From positions 51,505 through 115,504 of the forward strand of contig DAIQPD010000003.1 of the NCBI GenBank assembly GCA_036787535.1: 64,000 nucleotides of DNA, in the 5' to 3' direction. Both the position numbers and the translations under genes were made by a program. This document shows, in pieces, positions 37,116 to 45,177 of this stretch. The notes below the pieces were generated by a model. It was not told where the DNA came from and searched no databases. It saw nothing but the letters and a program-made list of their open reading frames with translations. The stretch is from Chryseolinea sp. Its GTDB lineage: Bacteria; Bacteroidota; Bacteroidia; Cytophagales; Cyclobacteriaceae. How positions within the stretch are numbered: the first letter of the stretch is position 1; each line of letters opens with the position of its first letter.

Positions 37116-37197
37116 GTTATCCGTTAATTGTTATCGGTTAATCGGTCTGCAAAACGACAAGAAAAATACTATTAACGGATAACCATTAACTGATAAC
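37116..37197. promoter_or_regulatory. 82-bp composite palindrome of four TTAAC-N-GATAAC 12-mers in the UbiA/PKS divergent intergenic region
   Basis: GTTATCCGTTAA-tt-GTTATCGGTTAA, then 30 nt, then TTAACGGATAAC-ca-TTAACTGATAAC. The arms are 23/26 complementary. Confidence 0.7.
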
Positions 37198-37203
37198 CTA
37201 AAC

Positions 37204-38310
37204 ATGAGTTTCATTACGGCAATTGGCACCGCCAACCCATCACATCAGTTTAGTCAGGAGGCTTTAGCCGATTTTATGGTGCGAAGCATGCAATTGAGCC
37301 ATGATGATGAACGAAAGCTCCGCACCATCTTTAGAGCAACAGGTATTGATAATCGGTACTCCGTTTTATCCGACTATGGAAAATCAAAAGACTTCGAATT
37401 CTACCCGAATACTCCCGACTTCGAACCATTTCCATCAACTCAAAAAAGACTGGAAGCTTTTCGCGATCATGCTTTGCCTTTGAGTCTGGCAGCGATTGAA
37501 AACATGAAACTCAACGCTTCCATTGATCTGCAAAAAATTACGCACCTCATTGTTGTAAGCTGCACAGGCATGTATGCCCCCGGACTTGATATTGATATTA
37601 TTAAATCACTTCAATTACCTACCACTACGCAACGAACCTGCATTACCTTTATGGGTTGCTATGCTGCGTTCAATGCACTTAAAGTAGCCGATGCTTACTG
37701 TACATCAGATGCAAATTCGAAAGTGCTCATTGTTTGCACGGAGCTTTGCAGTTTGCATTTTCAAAAAACACCTACTGAAAATAATTTACTAGCTAACGCT
37801 TTGTTTGCCGATGGCTCTGCTGCTGTTTTAGTTGAAGCCAATAGTGATCAGCCTGTAACATTATCACTCGAAGAGTTTCACAACGACCTTGCGCCCGAGG
37901 GTGAACACGATATGGCATGGAGTGTTGGTGATCTTGGTTTCGAAATGAAATTATCGGCTTACGTTCCATCCATTATTCAATCCGGAATTCAACAGCTGAC
38001 AAATTCTTTATTGAAAAAGATCGCGAAAGAAATACAAGACATCAAGCATATTGCCATTCATCCGGGAGGGAAAAAAATTGTAGAGGTAATTGAGCATCAG
38101 ATGAATTTAAGTAAGGACCAGAACAAACATGCGCTCGAAGTGTTGAAACAATATGGTAATATGTCATCGCCCACCGTTTTGTTTGTATTAAATGAAATTT
38201 TCAAAACGTTATCAAAGGCTGACGATGGTGAAAGAATCCTGAGTCTTGCTTTTGGCCCCGGGCTTACATTAGAAAGTATGGTTCTAAAAATACATTCAGC
38301 AAATGCCTGA
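37204..38310 (+). CDS. type III polyketide synthase (chalcone/stilbene synthase family)
   Basis: 368 aa. Catalytic contexts VSCTGMYAPG (Cys), AIHPGGKKI (His), YGNMSSPTVLF (Asn), and the AFGPG loop. Confidence 0.92.
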   Translation: MSFITAIGTANPSHQFSQEALADFMVRSMQLSHDDERKLRTIFRATGIDNRYSVLSDYGKSKDFEFYPNTPDFEPFPSTQKRLEAFRDHALPLSLAAIENMKLNASIDLQKITHLIVVSCTGMYAPGLDIDIIKSLQLPTTTQRTCITFMGCYAAFNALKVADAYCTSDANSKVLIVCTELCSLHFQKTPTENNLLANALFADGSAAVLVEANSDQPVTLSLEEFHNDLAPEGEHDMAWSVGDLGFEMKLSAYVPSIIQSGIQQLTNSLLKKIAKEIQDIKHIAIHPGGKKIVEVIEHQMNLSKDQNKHALEVLKQYGNMSSPTVLFVLNEIFKTLSKADDGERILSLAFGPGLTLESMVLKIHSANA

Positions 38311-39010
38311 TTTTTCTAAACGATCAGAAGGTATTGAGATTATGGACGATCTTCAGTGCTCAGGCGAAGTGGTTGATCAAACTTTGCGTGAACTTGAAGT
38401 CATCAATACCTGGCTTGGTGGAAATCAGGTAACGATAAACGGGTTGGCAAAACTTTTAAAAGATTCAGATCCATCAAAAGAAATTACCATTCTCGATGTG
38501 GGCTGTGGGGGTGGTGATATTCTTCGGCTCATAGATGCGTGGGCAAAGCGAAAAAACAAAAAAGTAAAACTCGTTGGCATTGATGCCAATCCAAACATCA
38601 TTGCCTTTGCAAAAAATAATCTGAACGACTTACCGCATGTCCAATTTGAGTCGATTGACATTTTTTCATCAGAATTTCAATCCATTACATGCGATGTAGT
38701 TATTGGTACGCTTTTCTTTCATCACTTCTCACAACACCAATTGAGTCTGTTCTTTTCAGGACTAAAAAAACAAGTTCGCATTGGCATTGTTATAAATGAC
38801 ATTCATCGTCATGCGTTGGCTTACTATTCCATCAAAATTTTAACAAGTTTGTTTTCGAAGTCAGCCATGGTAAAATTCGATGCGCCATTATCGGTTCTAC
38901 GCGCCTTCACAAAAAGTGAATTGATAGAAATACTCACAAAAGCAAAAATGCGCAACTTCAGCATTCATTGGAAATGGGCGTTTCGCTGGCAAGTTGTTAT
39001 GACTGTTTAA
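38303..39010 (+). CDS. class I SAM-dependent methyltransferase
   Basis: 235 aa. ILDVGCGGGD motif I. The start overlaps the PKS stop by 8 nt. Confidence 0.85.
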   Translation: MPDFSKRSEGIEIMDDLQCSGEVVDQTLRELEVINTWLGGNQVTINGLAKLLKDSDPSKEITILDVGCGGGDILRLIDAWAKRKNKKVKLVGIDANPNIIAFAKNNLNDLPHVQFESIDIFSSEFQSITCDVVIGTLFFHHFSQHQLSLFFSGLKKQVRIGIVINDIHRHALAYYSIKILTSLFSKSAMVKFDAPLSVLRAFTKSELIEILTKAKMRNFSIHWKWAFRWQVVMTV

Positions 39011-39083
39011 GCTTCCTGGTCAGTCGGCTAATTATTCTGGCACAATTTTTACTAATTTTAACCCACACCATATTCTCATCAAC

Positions 39084-39638
39084 ATGAAAATCATCCATAT
39101 ACTTATCCTCTTTTCATTTATCGGATTAGCCGCATGCTCGTCTGGCGTTTTAGGAAAGAAAGTGAAAGAACCTTTTCAGGGAAATGCATACGAATCAAAT
39201 AACCGATTCTGGAGAAGCACCGGTAAAGGTGTAAGTTCACAAGATAACATTGCACGATCGAAAGCCGATCTTGATGCTAAAGCGCAATTAGGTGGACAGG
39301 TAAACACCACAATGAAACAAGTAGCGGATCAATACCTGGGTCAAACTGAAAATGAAAAAGGGGCAGATGTTGCCGACAAATTTCAAAGTCTGGTACGCCA
39401 AACCATGAACACCAATATTTCGGATTTGCGAAAGATGGACGAGAAGAAATTCTTTAATGATAAGACAAACGAATACACAGTCTTCATTGCCTACGAAATA
39501 AAGAAGAATGCCATGTTGCGCTTTATGAAAAAGCAAGCCAAAACTGACAAGACAATCGATGAACGCCAGCGTGAGGTCATTGAGAAGATTCTTGATGAGG
39601 AAATTGAAAAAGCTGACGCAGCGGATAAAGAGGATTAA
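39084..39638 (+). CDS. hypothetical lipoprotein
   Basis: 184 aa. Lipobox IGLAAC, charged helical remainder. Confidence 0.6.
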   Translation: MKIIHILILFSFIGLAACSSGVLGKKVKEPFQGNAYESNNRFWRSTGKGVSSQDNIARSKADLDAKAQLGGQVNTTMKQVADQYLGQTENEKGADVADKFQSLVRQTMNTNISDLRKMDEKKFFNDKTNEYTVFIAYEIKKNAMLRFMKKQAKTDKTIDERQREVIEKILDEEIEKADAADKED

Positions 39639-39665
39639 GATTTTATTTTACAGTTTAAATTCGCA

Positions 39666-39703
39666 AAAGCCTTACTCACCACTGAGTAGGGCTTTTTGTT
39701 TTT
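39666..39703 (+). terminator. rho-independent terminator
   Basis: AAAGCCTTACTCA-ccac-TGAGTAGGGCTTT, 13-bp stem with one G-U pair, followed by TTTTGTTTTT. Confidence 0.8.
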
Positions 39704-39760
39704 ATTTAACGATACCATTCCCTTAAACAAGAATTTCCAAAAGAGTACCTTGCCTCCATT

Positions 39761-40591
39761 ATGTCTTTATTCATCGCCTCTATCAATTCAGGAAGTAATG
39801 CCAACTGTTACTACGTAGGCAACAGGACGGAGGCGGTGTTAATTGATGCTGGTGTTTCGTGTCGTGAAACGGAAACACGAATGAAACGTCTCGGTCTATC
39901 CATGAAGAAAGTAAAAGCCATTTTCATTTCACATGAGCATGGCGATCATATTGGAGGATTACGCTCTCTCATAAAGAAATATCCCGTCCCGGTTTACATT
40001 ACTCCAGAAACGATGCGGGAAGGAAAAGTAAGTTTACGGGAAAGTCTTGTTCATACCTTTCTTCCACACGAATCGATTTCCATAGGTAATCTTTCTGTAA
40101 CACCCTTTCCAAAATTTCATGATGCAAGCGATCCACACAGTTTTATCGTGGAGCATGAACAGGTAAAAGTTGGCGTAATTACCGATATCGGAATTGCCTG
40201 CGAAAATGTGATCCGGTATTTCAAGCAATGTCATGCAGCTTTTCTGGAATCGAATTTTGATGATCACATGTTGGAAACAGGAAGGTATCCACTGGCGCTT
40301 AAGAATCGCATTCGCGGGGGTAAAGGGCACATATCCAATAAACAAGCGCTCGAACTTTTCAAGAATCATGCGCCCTCTTTTATGAGTCACTTGATACTAT
40401 CCCATCTATCACAACACAATAATACTCCGGGTGTCGCTATGAATTTATTTAAACCTCATGCCGGAAATACAGAGATCATCATTGCCTCCAGAAAAGAACC
40501 TTCAGAAGTTTATCATATTGAAAATACAGTGGGGATTGATCTCTATAAACCAAAAGTATCTAAAGCTTTACAACTCTCTTTGTTTTCGTAG
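39761..40591 (+). CDS. MBL-fold metallo-hydrolase
   Basis: 276 aa. ISHEHGDHIGG metal-binding motif. Confidence 0.85.
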   Translation: MSLFIASINSGSNANCYYVGNRTEAVLIDAGVSCRETETRMKRLGLSMKKVKAIFISHEHGDHIGGLRSLIKKYPVPVYITPETMREGKVSLRESLVHTFLPHESISIGNLSVTPFPKFHDASDPHSFIVEHEQVKVGVITDIGIACENVIRYFKQCHAAFLESNFDDHMLETGRYPLALKNRIRGGKGHISNKQALELFKNHAPSFMSHLILSHLSQHNNTPGVAMNLFKPHAGNTEIIIASRKEPSEVYHIENTVGIDLYKPKVSKALQLSLFS

Positions 40592-40649
40592 AGTGTGAAA
40601 TGAGTTTGCCAGAAGAAGTCATTACCTTTAAGTAAAGAAGCACTCCACA

Positions 40650-41522
40650 ATGAAAATACTCTTAACTGCAATCAGTCTCCTAATATTTTGTTCTCCACAA
40701 TCAGCAATCGCTCAACCGGGAACAGAGATTTACTTATTCGATTTAAAATTGAGCAAAGATAAAATCACAATATCCAATCCTGTTAACATTACCAATCATC
40801 CCGGCTACGACAGTCAACCCTTTTTTCATCCCAACAAACCTATTTTGTATTACGCTTCCGCGGACACTTCCGGAAGGACGGACATCCTTACTTACAATTA
40901 TCAGACGAAAGAGTCAAAAAGATTTACAACCACATCTGAACGTGAATACTCCCCTACTGTAACGCCCGACAAAAAATTCATCTCTTGTATTATTCAGCGT
41001 GATAATGGCAAACAGGATCTAGGAAAATATCCGATTGATGGTGGAGATGCCATTACGATTATTAACAATCTCACTGTTGGATATCATGCCTGGATAAATG
41101 ATGGTCTTGTTGCTGTCTTTGTTCTTGGCGAGCCACAAACCTTAAGATTATATAATGTGTCTGCGGGAAAAGATATTTGGCTTGCGGACAGTATTGGACG
41201 TTCCCTTCATCTCATTCCAAAAACAAAAACCTTCAGCTATGTTGATAAATCTTCAGACTCTAAATATCTAATCAAACGAGTCACAAGCATTAATGAAATA
41301 GATGTGCTGGCAGAGACTCTCCCCAATCGTGAAGACCTAGCCTGGACAAACGATGGCCGAATTGTAATGAGTGATGGTGAGAAGCTTTTTTATCTCGATA
41401 CTAAAACGGATAAGACATGGAAACCAATTGATGTTATCAGCGGATCACCTCCATTAAAAGGAATTTCAAGACTAGCCATTAATTCTACAGGCGACAAAAT
41501 TGCTATTGTAATAAACGAGTAA
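40650..41522 (+). CDS. secreted TolB-like (PD40) beta-propeller protein
   Basis: 290 aa with signal peptide. Repeated Y..P.fsPd-type blades (HPGYDSQPFFHPN, EREYSPTVTPD). Confidence 0.65.
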   Translation: MKILLTAISLLIFCSPQSAIAQPGTEIYLFDLKLSKDKITISNPVNITNHPGYDSQPFFHPNKPILYYASADTSGRTDILTYNYQTKESKRFTTTSEREYSPTVTPDKKFISCIIQRDNGKQDLGKYPIDGGDAITIINNLTVGYHAWINDGLVAVFVLGEPQTLRLYNVSAGKDIWLADSIGRSLHLIPKTKTFSYVDKSSDSKYLIKRVTSINEIDVLAETLPNREDLAWTNDGRIVMSDGEKLFYLDTKTDKTWKPIDVISGSPPLKGISRLAINSTGDKIAIVINE

Positions 41523-41634
41523 TTAGCCACCTGTGGAATAACACCATGAATGTGATTTTTTATCAAGCGCATGTTTTAGCTTCGAATCTCTTTCGAAAAG
41601 AATTCAATACCTTGATCTCTAACTTCTATACTAA

Positions 41635-43080
41635 ATGAAGCGCATAATTTTTATCATCCTTCTTATCGGATCAGCAAACCTGGTGGTTGCACAATCAAAA
41701 AAGGCGAAAGTCAATCCGAATAAAACAGCAACCATTCAGTCTGTAGAAAAACACCAGCAAGAGTTAATCAAACTCAGTGATGAGATTTGGGGGTATGCAG
41801 AAACTGCTTTGAAAGAATATAAGTCTGCAAAAGCATTAGCGGATTATGCAGAGTCACAAGGCTTCATGGTTAAACGAGGTGTTGCCGGAATGCCAACTGC
41901 TTTTACAGCAGAGTATGGATCGGGGAAACCTGTAATTGGTATTATGGGTGAGTTTGATGCATTGCCCGGAATTTCTCAAAAAGCAATTCCAACAAAAGAG
42001 CCACTAGTAGCGGATGCTGCAGGGCATGGTTGTGGACACAACTTATTTGGTGCAGGAAGTTTAGGTGCTGCTCTGGCCATTAAAGAATTAATGCAGCAAG
42101 GAAAATTAAAGGGCACCATTCGTTTTTACGGAACGCCTGCAGAAGAATCAGTCGGTGGAAAAATTTATATGGCACGCGAAGGATTGTTCAGCGATGTAGA
42201 TGTTTGTCTCGATTGGCATCCGGATGTTGAAATTATTGCCAACATGCAAAGCTCACAGGCCATGGTTGATTTTGTTGTTGAGTTCAAAGGTAAGGCGGCA
42301 CACGCTGCCGCTGATCCATGGAATGGACGAAGCGCTGTTGATGGACTAGAAGCCTTTACGCATGGCGTGAATATGTTGCGTGAACATGTACAACCAAGCG
42401 TCCGGATGCATTATGCGATTGTGAGAGGTGGAGATGTACCCAACGTAGTTCCCGAATATGCCAAAGTTTGGATGTGGGTACGCGATTCAAAGCGAACAGG
42501 AGTTGAAGAAGTCTTTGCACGCGTGAAAGAAATTGCAAAAGGTGCCGCAGAAATTGCAGGAGTGGAATCGAAGGTTACCGTTCAAACAGGAGATTATGAA
42601 TTGCTGGTGAACAAGAAAGGTGCTGAAGCATTACAAAATAACTTAGAAATACTGGGTCCTATTACATACACACCTGAAGAAACTACATTCGCAAAAAAAA
42701 TACAAGAAATCCAGGGTGGCGAACAAACCGGCTTAGATGGAAAAATCTATCCATTAAAAACTACAAAAGAACATCCACAAGGTGGATCAACTGATGTGGG
42801 TGACATTAGCTGGATTGTCCCAGAGATTTCTCTTTTGGTAACTACAGCGCCTAATCACACCGCATGGCATGGTTGGTCAGTCGTTGCTTGTGGGGGAATG
42901 TCAATCGGTCATAAAGGTATGGTCTTCGCAGCCAAGTCTCTTGCTATGACGATGGTCGATTTATTTGAGAATCCTCAACTTCGAAAGGACATCAAAAAAG
43001 AATTTGACGACCGCAAAGCCGGTCATGTTTACAAAGCTTATATTCCTGATGGACCTCCGCCTATTCCGATAGAGAAGTAA
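41635..43080 (+). CDS. M20 family amidohydrolase (AbgB-like)
   Basis: 481 aa with signal peptide. GHGCGHNL metal-binding motif and GTPAEE motif. Confidence 0.85.
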   Translation: MKRIIFIILLIGSANLVVAQSKKAKVNPNKTATIQSVEKHQQELIKLSDEIWGYAETALKEYKSAKALADYAESQGFMVKRGVAGMPTAFTAEYGSGKPVIGIMGEFDALPGISQKAIPTKEPLVADAAGHGCGHNLFGAGSLGAALAIKELMQQGKLKGTIRFYGTPAEESVGGKIYMAREGLFSDVDVCLDWHPDVEIIANMQSSQAMVDFVVEFKGKAAHAAADPWNGRSAVDGLEAFTHGVNMLREHVQPSVRMHYAIVRGGDVPNVVPEYAKVWMWVRDSKRTGVEEVFARVKEIAKGAAEIAGVESKVTVQTGDYELLVNKKGAEALQNNLEILGPITYTPEETTFAKKIQEIQGGEQTGLDGKIYPLKTTKEHPQGGSTDVGDISWIVPEISLLVTTAPNHTAWHGWSVVACGGMSIGHKGMVFAAKSLAMTMVDLFENPQLRKDIKKEFDDRKAGHVYKAYIPDGPPPIPIEK

Positions 43081-43091
43081 TCGATTTTCAG

Positions 43092-44279
43092 CTACTCCAC
43101 AAAAAGCACTAACCCTTTTAAATATTCTCCTTCCGGATGAAAGATGGAAACCGGATGATCGGCTGGCTGAGTGAGATGATGCAGTACCTTTATCTGTCGC
43201 TTGGCTTGAATCGCTGCTGATACAATGGTGTCATAGAAAAGTTGTCTATCAACAACCTGCGAGCACGAGAAAGTAAAAATAATTCCTCCTGGTTTGATTA
43301 CCCGCATCGCTTCTGCATTCAAGCGCTGATAACCACGCACAGCCTGATGACGCGCATCACGATGTTTAGCGAAAGCAGGTGGATCTAAAATGATAACATC
43401 GTATTCGTCTTGCTTATCTTTTAAAAAGTCGAAGGTATCTGCAGCATAACAGGTGTGTATGTTAGCATCGAAGCCATTTAACTCAATATTCTTTCGGGTA
43501 AGGGCAATTGCTTTTTCAGAAGCATCAACAGAGTGAACTAAGGTAGCATCGGCTTGTAATGCATACACTGAAAATCCCCCAGTGTAACAGAAAGTATTCA
43601 ACACTTTCTTTTCAAAAGAAAAATTACCCAACAGTTTCCTGTTCTCACGCTGATCCAAAAAGAAACCGGTCTTCTGTCCTTCTTCCCAATCAATCAGAAA
43701 TTTATTTTCATGCTCTACAACTACATGTGGCACTACACCTAATCCGAAAAGATATTCGTCTTGTTGCGCATCGCGAACTTTCCCGGGTAATGTTGATTGG
43801 CTCTTGTAGTAAACCGCTTTCAGTTTTTCGCCAAACAAATCTTGCAACGCTTGTGTAATATTTCTTCGATCCTCATGCATCCCCGCTGAATGCGCTTGCA
43901 TGATTGCAACACCATCATACCAATCGATTATCAATCCGGGAAGGCCATCACCTTCGCCATGAATCAGTCGGAAGGCATTGGTTTGCAGGGAAGGTAGGCG
44001 GGTGCTATTTCGTAGGTGAAAGGCTTGTTGCAGTTTACCTTTCCAAAAAATTTCATTTGGTGCCGTATCGCCAAACGATAACAAGCGCACAGCAATGCTT
44101 CCGTTTTGATAATGCCCAAAACCCAATACCTTATTTTTTGCGCTCTTAACCTCTACCCAACAGCCATCGATTACCTGCCCGTCTAAGGTTTGAATGGCGC
44201 CTGAGAAAATCCAGGGATGAAAACGTTCAATCGAAAACTCCTTGCCTGACTTGAGTGTAACCTTTCCCTGAATTGTCAT
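43092..44279 (-). CDS. rlmI: 23S rRNA m5C methyltransferase RlmI-like (PUA + class I SAM MTase)
   Basis: 395 aa. LNTFCYTGGFS SAM motif, ILDPPAFAK motif IV, FSCS catalytic Cys region. Confidence 0.85.
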   Translation of the reverse strand: MTIQGKVTLKSGKEFSIERFHPWIFSGAIQTLDGQVIDGCWVEVKSAKNKVLGFGHYQNGSIAVRLLSFGDTAPNEIFWKGKLQQAFHLRNSTRLPSLQTNAFRLIHGEGDGLPGLIIDWYDGVAIMQAHSAGMHEDRRNITQALQDLFGEKLKAVYYKSQSTLPGKVRDAQQDEYLFGLGVVPHVVVEHENKFLIDWEEGQKTGFFLDQRENRKLLGNFSFEKKVLNTFCYTGGFSVYALQADATLVHSVDASEKAIALTRKNIELNGFDANIHTCYAADTFDFLKDKQDEYDVIILDPPAFAKHRDARHQAVRGYQRLNAEAMRVIKPGGIIFTFSCSQVVDRQLFYDTIVSAAIQAKRQIKVLHHLTQPADHPVSIFHPEGEYLKGLVLFVE

Positions 44280-44350
44280 TTCAATATTTTACTTTCCGCA
44301 AAAGTATCTAAAATAAAGGGAAGGTAGGGGAGAGGCGCTTGACGTAAAAA

Positions 44351-44470
44351 TTAAACCGTAGAGGACGCTGAGATTCGCGGAGGGTTTTGTTGAAGCATTG
44401 GGAGAGTGTATACCCAATAGAAAGTGCTTCCTGTATTTTGCATTTAACTCTGCGTTTCTCTGCGGTTTAA
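44351..44470. repeat. about 120-nt MITE/REP-like element, copy 2 (inverted relative to copy 1)
   Basis: Matches the reverse complement of 5827-5951 along its full length, including the internal GTTGAAG.ATTGGGAG..GTATA...ATAGAAAGTG core. Ends TTAAACCGTAGAGG ... CTCTGCGGTTTAA. Confidence 0.85.
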
Positions 44471-44475
44471 TGCAT

Positions 44476-44925
44476 TTATTTCACTCTAGTGAAGTTGAAC
44501 GGAATAACCTTGCCATCACCTTCAATGGCTGCTTCAATAAAATCCTGATTATCCTTTCGAATAAGTTTGTATCGAATAGCCTTTGGAAAATCGTGCATCG
44601 GATTTTCGGCTAAAAATTTATCAGCATTATACTGTGTGATTTTAAACTTGACAGGCTCAGGATTTTCTGCAACATCTGAAATGTAAAAAAAGTAAGGTTG
44701 CTCAAACTTTATCATGAGTCGCTCCATCACAACAGTATCACTTTCCTTAACCCGATATGAAAGACCTTCCAGTGTTTTTTTATCTGATGAAACATACCAC
44801 TCCTCAAACACATTTTTCTCGTTCAGTTTCCATTTGCCAACCAGCCAACCAAATTCCTTTTGTTGTGCCTGGCTTGTTAGGCAACCCATACAAAGAAAAA
44901 TGCCCACTAAAATTTTAGGCCTCAT
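44476..44925 (-). CDS. hypothetical secreted protein
   Basis: 149 aa with signal peptide. GKWKL and HDFPKAIRY motifs. Family not recognised. Confidence 0.6.
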   Translation of the reverse strand: MRPKILVGIFLCMGCLTSQAQQKEFGWLVGKWKLNEKNVFEEWYVSSDKKTLEGLSYRVKESDTVVMERLMIKFEQPYFFYISDVAENPEPVKFKITQYNADKFLAENPMHDFPKAIRYKLIRKDNQDFIEAAIEGDGKVIPFNFTRVK

Positions 44926-45177
44926 ATTTCATTTTAACCATTCATAAAAATAAACCTTTTAACCATTTCTTCGGTGCCCCTTGTAGTGGTATTCTTAGAA
45001 CTTAAATGATGGGAAATGCGTACTAATGTCTACAATTACAAAGCCACAATAGGCATGATGACAGAGGGCGTTGAAAAAATGACAGAATCTATATTCTTAA
45101 CAATGACAAATTTTCGCTTCCCCCAGCTTTGTCTGGTTTTTGTTGAACCATAAAAAAAAAATTAATATCTAAATACT

